From assembly GCA_951406725.2 (NCBI GenBank), contig OX597832.1:55056001-55120000 (forward strand): 64,000 nucleotides of DNA, in the 5' to 3' direction. The stretch comes from Octopus vulgaris (lineage: Eukaryota). Position 1 is the first letter of the stretch. Each line of letters starts with the position of its first letter. A model generated the notes under the pieces. The model saw only the letters and a program-made list of their open reading frames with translations. It was not told the DNA's origin and searched no databases. The position numbers were made by a program, and so were the translations under genes. Shown here piece by piece: positions 13,500-26,690 of the stretch.

Positions 13500-13724
13500 G
13501 TGTGTGTGGCTTTGTAGTGTACCCCCATCACCGCTAGACAACCGGTGTACGTGCGTTTACGCTCCTGTAACTTAGTAGTTTAGCAAAAGAAGCCAATACA
13601 CTAAGTTCCAGGTTCATGTGTCTTCTACTCTAGCCTCGGGCCGACCAAATCCTTGTAAGTGGATTTGGGAGACGGAAACTGAAAGAAGCCCGTTGTATAT
13701 GTGTGTGTGTGTCTGTGTCTGTGT

Positions 13725-13789
<65 letters not shown>

Positions 13790-13995
13790 TATGTGTCTGT
13801 GTTTGTCCCACCACTTTCGCTTGAGAACCGATGTTGGTGTGTTTACGTTCCGGTAACTTGGCGGTTCAACAAAAGAGACCGATAGGATAAGTACTAGGCT
13901 TACAAAGAATAAGTCCTGGGTCAATTTTTTCGACTAAAGGCGGTGCTCCAGCATGGCCGCAGTCAAATGACTGAAACAAATAAAAGAATAAAAGA
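13500..13995 (+). mobile_element. SINE S1 copies (fragment plus 5'-truncated copy)
   Basis: S1 body, (TG)n and tail. Confidence 0.8.
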
Positions 13996-14159
13996 AACAA
14001 ACAAAGATGGTGCGTTAAATAAAATAAAATAAATGCTGAATTTCAATGTTTAAATAGACTGTAAAATGTTTAGCGGTGAGACTTTAAGATGAGTCCAAAA
14101 TATAATAAGGGTTGAAGGTTAAACTATATGCAGTCTGACCATTTACGGAGAGAAAAATT

Positions 14160-14900
14160 TGAAAGTTGAGAAATATTTATGCCCACAGAAAATCAAAATA
14201 TCGGAGATTTTATTAAGTAGTAGCTTTTTTTGGTACGTAGTATGTTAATTGATTCTTTTGTGCACAATTTGCACATTTTTGTATGTGTGTTGTATGGCGT
14301 AGTTTCCATGATAATTGACTAATTAAGTTTATATTCTTTGTTTCGCATTTTTAAAGTTATTAATATAAATATCTAGTGCAGTTGAATTTTTCTTGTTCTG
14401 ATTTATAAACGAATTTGTATGTCCCCTATACCTAGTTTTAAATTCAATTGTGCTCCATATATATATTTTGTCAATGGGTTCATTGAGGGTCATAACCTCA
14501 CATTTATACACCACGTTTCTCCTCAGACAAAAGCCCCTTAATGGACATGAATCCCGGGAATGACAATTACAGGTTTTATTTACAGGTTTCCCCTTTGTGT
14601 TCGTAATATCTATATTATTATCCCTAATGCGGCCAGCTACAGTAGCGTCTCTATCAATAATATTATTTCTAAGCTTATGTTTTTTTATTCGCCGCAATTA
14701 TAGAACCTAAGTTGGGCGTTGTCGAATACGATAATTTCAGAGTAGTCCTATTAAAAATAGGAAGATATTTATGACCTAAGGGGAAGTTTTTATCAATAAT
14801 GCTAAAATATAACTTGGTGGGATTTGTGACTTGCAAGGAAATAGGAAGGATAACCATATGATTTCCTGTTTTCTTAAGGATTTATGCCTAATCTGCCAGT
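14160..14900 (-). pseudogene. Penelope-like element relic: RT thumb/linker, CCCC Zn finger and C-terminal GIY-YIG endonuclease, frameshifted
   Basis: IIW..., IIDKNFPLGH..IFNRTTLKLSYSTTPNLGSII, TCNCHSRDSCPLRGFCLRRNVVYKCEV..IYIWST.EFKTRYRGHTNSF, then PYN..KMCKLCTKE..LNK..D...C.H. Confidence 0.9.
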
Positions 14901-15019
14901 TATCTATTGGATTCCTTCTAAAATTATAATTCAAGGAATTACGAAGTCTTCTGAATCTGTGTCGGACTTGATGTTCGGGAGGATCAGTCACAGAAGGGGT
15001 GTCAATGTTTAACTCAGCT

Positions 15020-15063
<44 letters not shown>

Positions 15064-15064
15064 G

Positions 15065-15106
<42 letters not shown>

Positions 15107-15112
15107 AGCCAC

Positions 15113-15169
15113 AGGGCGACCAAAGCCTTGTGAGTGGATTTGGTAGACGGACGTTGTAAGAAGCCCGTC

Positions 15170-15255
<86 letters not shown>

Positions 15256-15599
15256 GTTTGTATGTATATATACAGGGGTTGGACAAAATAATGAAAACAC
15301 CTTAAAACTTCAAACAAATTTATCTTAATATAGGGTAGAACCGCCTTTGGCAGTAATTACATATTATATATATATATATATATATGTACGTTTGTGTGTG
15401 TGTTTGTCCCTCCATCATCGCTTAACAACCGATTCTGGTGTGTTTACGTCCCCGTAACTTAGCGGTTCGGAAAGGGAGACTGATAGAATAAGTACTAGGC
15501 CTACAAAGAATAAGTCCTGCGGTCGATTTGTTCGACTAACGGCGGCGCTCCAGCATGGCAACAATCAAAATGACTGAAACAAATATAAGAATAAAAGGA

Positions 15600-15600
<1 letters not shown>
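15113..15600 (+). mobile_element. SINE S1, 5'-truncated and interrupted
   Basis: S1 body and tail. The internal (TA)n carries an insert beginning tacaggggttggacaaaataatgaaaacacc, which is Tc1-TIR-like. Confidence 0.7.
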
Positions 15601-15679
<79 letters not shown>

Positions 15680-17287
15680 ATGTATGTATGTATGTATGTA
15701 TGTATGTATGTATGTATGTATGTATGTATTCCTACGCGCGTTCGTATTTTGCGTCGTAAACAATTCCTGTTCTAGTTTTATTTGTAAATAACCCTTTAAT
15801 TTCTTCTTTTCTTTTTTTTTTTTTTTCATTCTTTCTTCCTACTTTCTGATTTCTTTACAGCTATTATTTTCGAACATCGCACCGCAATTTCCCCCACCCC
15901 CATATCTATCAATAAACGTTTCTAGATCTTCACAGTCTTATCTTCTGGCTGGTGTAATAATGGTGGTGTGTGTTGCCTCTTTATTGCAGACAGTTCTTAC
16001 CGTCGGTATTTCAATGTAGATTCATATGTCATAAATCAAGTGTTTATCTTCTTGATTTACGTATATCAGTTCTGAGTTAGTTTATCATTGCGCCTGGCAT
16101 ACAATAAGTATTGTTTCTATTATCACTGGCCTATTTTCACGGGGAATTCTGTCTACGATATATTTGTTGTGAATGCTTTCTAATCTCCTTTGGTTCTGTG
16201 TTATGTGATAAAGTATACTAACAATTTCACCTTGTTGTAAATGCAGTGTGAGTCGCCGTTGTTTATCATATGCGTATGGCCAATATAAATGAATTGAGAA
16301 ATATTAAAAGTTACACGTTTTTTTACCAATTTTCTAATTCCTAGTGGCTGGTCGTTAGTATCTTGACTACGGGTTTGTAATTTTTGTGGTTTGCAATTGA
16401 GAAGAACATGTTGTGTGCCCCTGGTGGTCAGCTATTACAGATGGGGAGCAATCCCTCTTAGATTAAGTTAAGTTGAAATAGATTTCAAAGTTTGGAATAA
16501 AGGTCTACAGAGCATGTACATTTAACATGTTTTCTATTCATCATGAAGTTTATAAAGTTGCTAGTCGTTGGTAGACATGTTACCGCTATTTTATCCTTCT
16601 CTGGAATCGTCAGCATAGCATAACTTGGCATAAATAAATTACACTAAGTTCAACAGTTTACGAAATTAGACAATTGTTATAAAAGGAAATAGCAAACAAT
16701 TTAATAGGTATTTCTGACCTTTTTTTATCGCCCTAGATCGTTAACAGTTCAACAATACAGAAAAGAAAGAGAGTGTATTTCTTACATGCAGGCTAATATT
16801 TTCCAGTTCGTAGATACAATCAAATTCTTATCTGTGTGTTTTAGTATTTTCTTTATTGGTGTAAATAAAGGATTCAGGTTGTATTTTTTTTATTCTGTTC
16901 TGTCAGTATGAAATAACAGCCTGAAACCTTTCTTTATTTGCTAGTAAATTACTAATGTTTTATTGGTTGTTTGGAGAAAGATATTTCGTTTTCTGTAAAT
17001 CTGAAAGTTGTAAACACTACAGTTTTTGACTGTTATGTGAGGCATATGCTCTTTCACTTTTAAACTAGCTTCAGTGATTGGATGCCTGGCCATACTAGAA
17101 AATCATCTTAATGCGTTTAGTCGATCGTAACTATCTGTGTATCTATTTTCTGTATGACATTTGCTTATCGGTCTCCAGTTATCGAAAAACTAAGTTGGTT
17201 TGTAAAATAAAAGCATGCAACTCGATGCGCAGTTTCAAACCTGTATACACAAACACACACACATATTCTCTCTCTCTCTCTCTCTCA

Positions 17288-17322
<35 letters not shown>

Positions 17323-17397
17323 TAGTTTCTACATCAATAAAATTCTACTCCTAAATTATTGCCAATCCATGACAACAGCAGATGTCATTTGGCCAAA

Positions 17398-17411
17398 CTG
17401 CCATCTAGTGG
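17398..17411 (-). promoter_or_regulatory. Candidate CTCF-binding motif
   Basis: ccactagatggcag matches the CTCF core consensus; motif match only. Confidence 0.3.
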
Positions 17412-17492
17412 TTTCGAACCTGGAACCACACTTTTGAGATGTATTATTCCTTAGCCACAAGGCTATGTCTGCGTGTGGGCGTGTTTTTTTTT

Positions 17493-17566
<74 letters not shown>

Positions 17567-17890
17567 TGCATGCATATACATACATACATGCATACATACG
17601 TACATACATACTTACATACATACACACATACATACGTACATACATACATACTCACATATATACATACATATATACATACATACATACATACATTCGTACG
17701 TACATACATTCATACGCATATATATATACATACATACGTACGTACGTACGTACGTACATACATACATACATATATACATACATACATGCATACATACATA
17801 CATGCATACATACATACATACATGCATGCATACATACATACATACATACATACATACATACATACATACATACATACATACATACATACA

Positions 17891-17925
<35 letters not shown>

Positions 17926-18185
17926 GCGCAGAAGTCGCGTACCTGTAAAAATGCCATTTTGCCATAACATCTTCATATTTGTTATTTTTGTAAGTAAATG
18001 TGAGAAATGTTCATAAAATGATAATTGTTATTATTTTTTTTTAATTTCAGAACCATTTTCAGAGAAGATGTCAATAAATGAACATGTTGAAGTTATCCTT
18101 TGGTGCGGTTCAGCTGGAAGCTCAAATCGATCACTTGCACGGCAGTTTTAAAAGCATTCATCCTGAAAGGACGTCTATTGATAAA

Positions 18186-20070
18186 GTCAACAGTGGCAAT
18201 GTTATTAAAAAGGTTTAAATAAACGGGAAGAGGCCATGATCAAGAACGTTACGATAGGCTAAGACAACTGTAGGGAGGTTATTAAAAAGGTTTTTAAAAC
18301 GGGAAGTGGCCGTGATCAAGATCGTTACGATAGACCAAGACAACAGTGGGAAGATAATTAAAAAGGTTTAAAAAACGGGAAGTGGCCGTGATCAAGATCG
18401 TTACGATAGACCAAGGCGACAGTGGGAAGGTTATTAAAAAGGTTTTAAAAAACGGGAAGTGGCCGTGATCAAGATCGTTACAATAGACCAAGACAACAGT
18501 GGGAAGGTTATTAAAAAGGTTTTAAAAAACGGAAAGTGGCCATGATCAAGATCGTTACGATAGACCAAGATAACGATAAGGTTATTAAAAAGGTTTAAAA
18601 AAACGGAAAGTGGCCATGATCAAGATCGTTACGATAGACCAAGATAACGATAAGGTTATTAAAAAGGTTTAAAAAAACGGGAAGTGGCCGTGATCAAGAT
18701 CGTTACGATAGACCAAGACAACAGTGGGAAGATAATTAAAAAGGTTTAAAAAACGGGAAGTGGCCGTGATCAAGATCGTTACGATAGACCAAGGCGACAG
18801 TGGGAAGGTTATTAAAAAGGTTTTAAAAAACGGAAAGTGGCCATGATCAAGATCGTTACGATAGACCAAGATAACGATAAGGTTATTAAAAAGGTTTAAA
18901 AAAACGGAAAGTGGCCGTGATCAAGATCGTTGCGATAGACCAAGATAACGATAAGGTTATTAAAAAGGTTTAAAAAAACGGAAAGTGGCCATGATCAAGA
19001 TCGTTACGATAGACCAAGATAACGATAAGGTTATTAAAAAGGTTTAAATAAACGGGAAGTGGCCGTGATCAAGATCGTTACGATAGACCAAGATAACGAT
19101 AAGGTTATTAAAAAGGTTTAAAAAAACGGAAAGTGGCCATGATCAAGATCGTTACGATAGACCAAGATAACGATAAGGTTATTAAAAAGGTTTAAAAAAA
19201 CGGAAAGTGGCCGTGATCAAGATCGTTACGATAGACCAAGATAACGATAAGGTTATTAAAAAGGTTTAAAAAAACGGAAAGTGGCCGTGATCAAGATCGT
19301 TACGATAGACCAAGATAACGATAAGGTTATTAAAAAGGTTTAAAAAAACGGAAAGTGGCCATGATCAAGATCGTTACGATAGACCAAGATAACGATAAGG
19401 TTATTAAAAAGGTTTAAAAAAACGGGAAGTGGCCGTGATCAAGATCGTTACGATAGACCAAGATAACGATAAGGTTATTAAAAAGGTTTAAAAAAACGGA
19501 AAGTGGCCGTGATCAAGATCGTTACGATAGACCAAGATAACGATAAGGTTATTAAAAAGGTTTAAAAAAACGGGAAGTGGCCGTGATCAAGAACGTTACG
19601 ATGGACCAAGACAACAGTGGGAAGATAATTAAAAAGGTTTAAAAAACGGGAAGTGGCCGTGATCAAGATCGTTACGATAGACCAAGGCGACAGTGGGAAG
19701 GTTATTAAAAAGGTTTTAAAAAACGGAAAGTGGCCATGATCAAGATCGTTACGATAGACCAAGACAACAGTGGGAAGATAATTAAAAAGGTTTAAAAAAA
19801 CGGGAAGTGGCCGTGATCAAGATCGTTACAATAGACCAAGGCGACAGTGGGAAGGTTATTAAAAAGGTTTTAAAAAACGGGAAGTGGCCGTGATCAAGAT
19901 CGTTACGATAGACCAAGACAACAGTGGCAATGTTATTAAAAAGGTGTAAATAAACGGGAAGAGGCCATGATCAAGAACGTTACGATGGACCAAGACAACA
20001 GTGGAAAGGTTATTAAAAAGGTTTAAATAAACGGAAAGTGGCCGTGATCGAGATCGTTTCGATAGACCAA
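18186..20070 (+). repeat. Tandem satellite, 25 units of 74-77 bp
   Basis: The gatcaag anchor recurs at 18238, 18314, 18390, 18467, 18544, 18618 and onward to about 20046. Confidence 0.97.
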
Positions 20071-20625
20071 GAAGAGTAACAGATGAAGCAGCCGCATCGA
20101 CTGTGCTTACTCATATTCAACGGAACCCAATAAACTTTCTCAAGAAACTGGTGTCGTTAGACGTTCGTTTCCGTGTATTTAAAAATGCTGGTTTTCCATC
20201 TGTTTAAAATCCATTTAATTCAGGAGTAATATGGCAACGGTAGAGACCAGAGAATGGAATTCTGTGATTAGATCCTTTCTAAAACCCAACAATCTATTTA
20301 AAAACATTATCTCGGATGAAACCGTCTTTCATCTTATGCAATCGGTAAAAAGGGCATAAAGGCCCGGTATTGGGCATTATGTCCTCTATCTACATTGGAT
20401 AGATGATAGCAATTCACAGAACGAACCTCGACTTGCGGTGTGGGTTGGCATCTGGGGTGAAAGAATAATTAGACCCCACTTCTTCAACGTACAGTGAATG
20501 CTGACTTATAATTAGAAATGCTCGAATCAAAGAACTCGCGCATAATTTCAGCAGGATGGAACACTGCTACACTTTGCCAACTCTGTAGGAAATTTTTAAA
20601 TGTTAATTTCGCCAATCGATAGATT

Positions 20626-21415
20626 TTTAATTCTTTATTGCCCACAAGGGGCTAAATATAAAGGGGACGAACAAGGACAGACAAAGGGATTAAGTCGACT
20701 ACATCGACCCCAGTGCGTAACTGGTACTTATTTAATCGACCCCGAAAGGATGAAAGGCAAAGTTAACCTCGGTGGAATTTGTACTCAGAACGTAGCGGCA
20801 GACGAAATACCTATTTCTTTATTACCCGCAAGGGGCTAAACACAGAAGGGACAAACAAGGACAGACAAACGGATTAAGTCGATTATATCGACCCCAGTGC
20901 GTAACTGGTACTTAATTTATCGACCCCGAAAGGATGAAAGGCAAAGTCGACCTCGGCGGAATTTGTACTCAGAACGTAGCGGCAGACGAAATACCTATTT
21001 CTTTATTGCCCACAAGGGGCTAAACACAGAAGGGACAAACAAGAACAGACAAACGGATTAAGCCGATTATATCGACCCCAGTGCGTAACTGGTACTTATT
21101 TAATCGACTCCGAAAGGATGAAAGGCAAAGTCGACCTCGGCGGAATTTGTACTCAGAACGTAGCGGCAGACGAAATACCTATTTCTTTATTACCCGCAAG
21201 GGGCTAAACACAGAAGGGACAAACAAGAACAGACAAACGGATTAAGCCGATTATATCGACCCCAGTGCGTAACTGGTACTTATTTAATCGACTCCGAAAG
21301 GATGAAAGGCAAAGTCGACCTCGGCGGAATTTGAACTCAGAACGTAACGGCAGACGAAATACGGCTACGCATTTCGCCCGGTGTGCTAACGTTTCTACCA
21401 GCTCGCCGCCTTTCC
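20626..21415 (-). mobile_element. SINE S2 multimer: one head plus four tandem 184-bp 3' units, 14-bp TSD
   Basis: TSD ccaatcgatagatt at 20612-20625 and 21416-21429; unit anchors at 20814, 20998 and 21182. Confidence 0.92.
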
Positions 21416-21937
21416 CCAATCGATAGATTAGCAGATGAAGTCATGTGTTTTGGCCACTGAGGTCTCCAGACCTAATACCCCCGAATGGGGGTATCTTAAG
21501 TCCGCTGTGTATACAACTCGTCCGAGAAGTGTTGGAGAAATAAAACAAAACCTCAGAATTCAATGCGCAAAGATTGGCACCGAAGTCTTGAATAACGAAC
21601 AAAATTCCCTTTTTTTTTCGTTGAAGGAAATCAGTTTAAACAATCATTGTAATTATTTTTTGGTCGCGAGATAATAATTTCGTGATAATGAATATTATGC
21701 AAATAAAATAAAAGATTATCGTATCTCTTGCATAAACGATTTTCTTATCAATTAGGTTGCTGCCCGACTTTTGCGCCACCGTGTATGTAAATCTGTGTGT
21801 GTGTATGTGAGTGTGAGTGTGTATGTGTATGTGAGTGTGTGTGTATGTGTGTGTGTGCGCGCGTGCGTCTGTGCATATATATATATATATATATATATAC
21901 AGATTCATTTATATAAATATATCCGTTTAATACACAC

Positions 21938-21984
<47 letters not shown>

Positions 21985-22027
21985 ATAGACCTAAATAAAC
22001 ATGCAAGTATGATATATGTCAGTATAT

Positions 22028-22103
22028 ATGGCGGTGCCCCAGCATGGCCACAGCTCATTAGCTGAAACTAGAAAAATCAAAAATCAAAATCAAAATCAAA
22101 ATC
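22028..22103 (+). mobile_element. Ultra-short retroposon tail element
   Basis: atggcggtgccccagcatggccacagctcattagctgaaactaga plus (AAAATC)n; copies at 48019 and 62815. Confidence 0.7.
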
Positions 22104-22262
22104 ATATGTAAACATATATAACTACATCTAAATCTATATCTCTATCTATATATGTATGTATGTACGAATGTATGTATGTATGTATGTATGTATGTATGTA
22201 TGTATGTATGTATGTATGTATGTATGTATGCGTGTACATATATGTAGATGTATATATAAGTA

Positions 22263-22326
<64 letters not shown>

Positions 22327-22637
22327 TATAATATATACACGCAGAGGCATATATGTATGTCATATTGTCATATGCATTTTAATTTGCATATAAGTGTTTG
22401 CGCGTGCACGCTCGACTGAGGCGCCCTCTCATGCGTGACGATCGCTTCAGCTTTGTCAAATGACAGACGTCTCCTTATTCACCGCTTATTAATCTCCGTT
22501 CATGCGCGCTCTCAGATGACTCTCAAGACGAGCTGTCCAATTAACCAACGTCTTAGAGAAAACATTGACGTAGCAAAATGAACAAAACGAGGCGATTAAG
22601 ACATCTACACGTCATTAAATTATACAGGAATTAGTAA

Positions 22638-22950
22638 AGGCGCGTGACTAAGTGGTTAGGGGGGTGTTCACCTTACGATACCAAGGTCCTGCGTTCGATT
22701 CCCGGCGGTGTGTTGTTCGTGTCTCTTGATTAAGATGTTTTATTTCACGTTGCTCCGGTCCACTAAGCTGGCAAGAATTAGCTGTACCAGTAATTCAAAG
22801 GGCTAGCTATGTCACATACTGTGTCTCCCTCAGAATCACATTATGGTACGCGTGTTTGCATGAGGGCTGCTCAGCCACTTGTACGTTAATTTCACGTGCA
22901 GGCTGTTCCATTAAATCGGAACAACTGGAACCCTCAGTGCCACGCTTATT
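22638..22950 (+). mobile_element. SINE S3-like copy
   Basis: tRNA-like head with B-box gcgttcgattccc and the ttatttcacgttgctcc domain. Confidence 0.7.
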
Positions 22951-23147
22951 TTTTTTTATTTTTTTTTATGAGAGCCAACGCACTAAACTTTCGGACCTTG
23001 AGTCACTGTTACTTCTGTTAAATAATATACGTACATACATGTATGTATGTATGTATGTATGTATGTATGTATGTATGTATGTATGTATGTATGTGTGTAT
23101 GTATGTATGTATGTATGTATGTATGTATGTATGTATGTATGTATGTA

Positions 23148-23182
<35 letters not shown>

Positions 23183-23602
23183 ATGTATGTATGTATGTAT
23201 GTATGCGTGTATGTATGTATGTATGTATGTATGTATGTATGTATGTATGTATGTGTGTATGTATGTATGTTTGTATGTATGTATGTATGCATGTATGTAT
23301 GTATGTATGTATGCATGTATGTATGTATGTATGTATCTATGTATGTATGTGTGTGTGTATGTATGTGTGTATGCATGCATGCATGTATGTATGTATGTAT
23401 GTATGTATGTATGTGTGTATGTATGTATGTATGTATGTGTGTATGTATGTATGTATGCATGTGTGTATGTATGTATGTTTGTATGTATGTATGTATGTAT
23501 GTATGTATGTATGTATGTATCTATGTATGTATGTGTGTGTGTATGTATGTGTGTATGCATGCATGCATGTATGTATGTATGTATGTATGTATGTATGTGT
23601 AT

Positions 23603-23756
23603 GTGGCTGTGTGGTAAGAAGCTTGCTTCCCAACCGACATGGTTCCAGGTTCAGTCCCACAGCGTGACACTTCGGGCAAACGTCTTCCACTAAAGCCTCG
23701 GGCCGACCGAAGCCTTGTGAGTGGATTTGATAGACAGAAACTGGACGAAGCCTATC

Positions 23757-23802
<46 letters not shown>

Positions 23803-23803
23803 T

Positions 23804-23862
<59 letters not shown>

Positions 23863-24089
23863 AATGAATATAAGATAAGCTGACAATATATTTTTATCTT
23901 ATATTTATTTTGTAAACAAACAGACGCAAGAGTGGCTGTGTGGTAAGTAGCTTGCTTATCAACCACATGGTTCTGGGTTCAGTTTCACTACGTAGCACCT
24001 AAGGTGTCTTCTACTATAACCTCGGGCCTTGTGAGTGGATTTGATAGACGGAAACTGAAAGAAGCCCGTCGTATATATGTATATGTATG

Positions 24090-24137
<48 letters not shown>

Positions 24138-24345
24138 TATGTCTGTGTTTGTCCCCCCAACGTCGCTTGACAACCGATGCTGATGTGTTTAAGTCCCCGT
24201 AACTTAGCGGTTCGGCAAAAGAGAATGATAGAATAAACACCAGGCATGCAAAAGAATAAGTCCTGGGATCGAGGTCGATTTGTTCGACTAAAGGCGGTGC
24301 TACAGCATGGCCGCAGTCAAATGACAATAGAATAAAAGAATAAAT
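23603..24345 (+). mobile_element. Two S1 SINE copies
   Basis: Heads at about 23603 and 23925. Confidence 0.85.
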
Positions 24346-24391
24346 AATACAATATTGCATAAGCATTTTATAATGTTTTTTTTCTTTTCAG

Positions 24392-24456
24392 GAAAATGGC
24401 TGCGTCGCGGCAGCTAATGGTTCACGGACCACCGCTTTTGGGTTGCACTGGATTAG
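24392..24456 (+). other. Candidate small exon
   Basis: Strong polypyrimidine acceptor (tttttttcttttcag), GC-rich unique 65 nt with aaaATGG, donor AG|gtaaca. Confidence 0.3.
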
Positions 24457-24550
24457 GTAACAAACCTCTTACCACACAAGCGACGCCTGCGCCTTTCTGT
24501 AAATAATTTCTCACCTTCCTGAGACGAATTGGGTAACAAAACCTAAACAA

Positions 24551-24965
24551 CAGGAGTGGCTGTGTGGTAAGTAGCTTGCTAAACCATCCACATGGTTCCG
24601 GGTTCAGTCCCACTGCGTGGCATCTAGGGCAAGTGTCTTCTACTATAACCCCGGGCCGACCAAAGCCTTGTGAGTGGATTTGGTAGACGGAAACTGAAAG
24701 AAACCTGTCGTGTATATGTATATATATGTGTATGTATGTGTATGTTTGTGTGTCTGTGTTTGTCCCCCTAGCATTGCTTGACAACCGATGCTGGTGTGTT
24801 TATGTCCCCGTCACTTAGCGGTTCGGCAAAAGAGACCGATAGAATAAGTACTGGGCTTACAAAAGAATAAGTCCCTGGGTCGATTTGCTCAACTAAAGGC
24901 GGTACTCCAGCATGGCCGCAGTCAAATGACTGAAACAAGTAAAAGAGTAAAAGAGTAAAAGAGTA
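24551..24965 (+). mobile_element. Full-length SINE S1
   Basis: Complete, with (GAGTAAAA)n tail. Confidence 0.9.
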
Positions 24966-25171
24966 ACATCCTGTGTGCTGTCACAATTACAGTTTATATG
25001 AATAATCGACTCTGATAGAGAAGGGAGTGACGAAATGTGTAATGTCGTACTTTAGCGGGCGTTGGCACGTCATTTATTCTGAATGCACGATCTTGTCTTC
25101 AAAGTCAATGAGTAAAAGCTTTTTACTGCTTGCTGCGTCATCTTTTGCACCAAGATATTTTTACACCAAGA

Positions 25172-25560
25172 TATGCTTAGCGGTATTTCGTCTGCGTTAC
25201 GTTGTGAGTTCAAATTCCGCCGAGGTCGACTTTGCCTTTCATCCTTTCGGGGTCGATAAATTAAGTACCAGTTACGCATTGGGGTTGATGTAATCGACTT
25301 AATACCTATGTCTTTCCTTGTTTGTCCCCTCTGTGTTTAGCCCCTTGTGGGTAATAAAGAAATAGGTATTTCGTCTGTCGTTACGTTCTAAGTTCAAATT
25401 CCGCCGAGGTCAACTTTGCCTTTCATCCTTTCGGGGTCGATAAATAAAGTACCAGTTTCGCACTGGGGGCGATATAATTGACTCAATCCCTTCGTCTGTC
25501 CTTGTTTGTCCCCTCTATGTCCCCTCTATGTTTAGCCCCTTCTGGGCAGTAAAGAAATAG
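25172..25560 (+). mobile_element. SINE S2 dimer of the 3' unit
   Basis: Same aataaagaaataggtatttcgtctg junction as the 20626 multimer. Confidence 0.85.
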
Positions 25561-25663
25561 ATATTTTTACGCTTTCCCAAATGTATACCGACCCTTTCAA
25601 TATTACGGGCGACGTAAAGAAACAAAATAAAAAGAAAGAAAAAAGAAAAACAAATGATTCAGA

Positions 25664-26058
25664 AGGCGCAGGAGTGGCTGTGTGGTAAGTAGCTTGCTTA
25701 CCAACCACATGGTTCCAGGTTCAGTCCCACTGCGTGGCCCCTTGGGCAAATGTCTTCTACTATAGCCTCGGGCCGACCAAAGCCTTGTGAGTGGATTTGG
25801 TGGACGGAAACTGAAAGAAGCCCGTCGTATATATGTATATATACGCATGTGTGTGTGTATATGTTTGTGTTTCTGTGTTTGTCCCTCCCCCAACATCGTT
25901 TGACAACCGATGGTGGTGTATTTACGTCCCCGTAACTTAGCGGTTTGGCAAAAGTGACCGATAGAATAAGTACAAGACTTACAAAGAATAAGGCGGTGCT
26001 CCAGTGTGGCCACAGTCAAATGACTGAAACAAGTAAAAGGGTAAAAGAGTAAAAGAGT
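25664..26058 (+). mobile_element. Full-length SINE S1
   Basis: Head, body and tail all present. Confidence 0.9.
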
Positions 26059-26059
26059 G

Positions 26060-26123
<64 letters not shown>

Positions 26124-26258
26124 TGTAAATGTAATATGTGACAATTATTCGGTAGCCATAATAAAGCTCCGAGTTTCGGATGCCGAGGTGGATATCCACA
26201 CCTCTATCTCTTCAGTTTTATCATAACTGCCAAATAATTGTCACATATTACATTTACA
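26124..26258 (-). ncRNA. Rod-like hairpin enclosing a hammerhead core (probably mutated)
   Basis: About 40-bp extended stem I, CUGAAGA, long stem II (gat..gaggtg/cacctc..atc), GAAAC-tcgga-GCU (U16.1 changed to C). Confidence 0.6.
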
Positions 26259-26327
26259 GATAAGTTCCTCTAATTTACATAATATCGAGGTCTCTTTCTT
26301 TCTCTTGTTGTCTTACCATTTTTAACA

Positions 26328-26416
<89 letters not shown>

Positions 26417-26637
26417 TAGTTGAATGAATTATCTTATTAAGGATAATTCGAATTAACCGATACCTGGGTAGCAAATTCACATCAGAAAAAACACGGTTGA
26501 GTTACGTGCCTAGGGCATAGATTACGTGCTTTCGTGTGGAAATTTGTATGTTTATTTTAAAAATATAAATATATGAAAGAATGGAGCTGAACGACGAATT
26601 AACAAAATTTTGTTTATTCGTCCTTCACTCCTCCATT

Positions 26638-26690
<53 letters not shown>

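Larger units (their letters stand above)
17926..21785 (+). mobile_element. Decayed Tc1/mariner-superfamily transposon (DUF4817-type HTH, rosa/DD41D-like) containing a satellite and a SINE insertion
   Basis: ATG 18068 MSINEHVEVILWCG.., SDETVFHL, RYWA, VWVGIWG, FQQDG, WPLRSPDL, WGYLKSAVY. TIR remnants gcgcagaagtcg and cgacttttgcgccaccgtg-TA. Confidence 0.85.

Noticed and set aside
18186-20070. CRISPR-like array
   Set aside because: Whole units repeat with no unique spacers, the DNA is eukaryotic, and the unit derives from transposase coding sequence.
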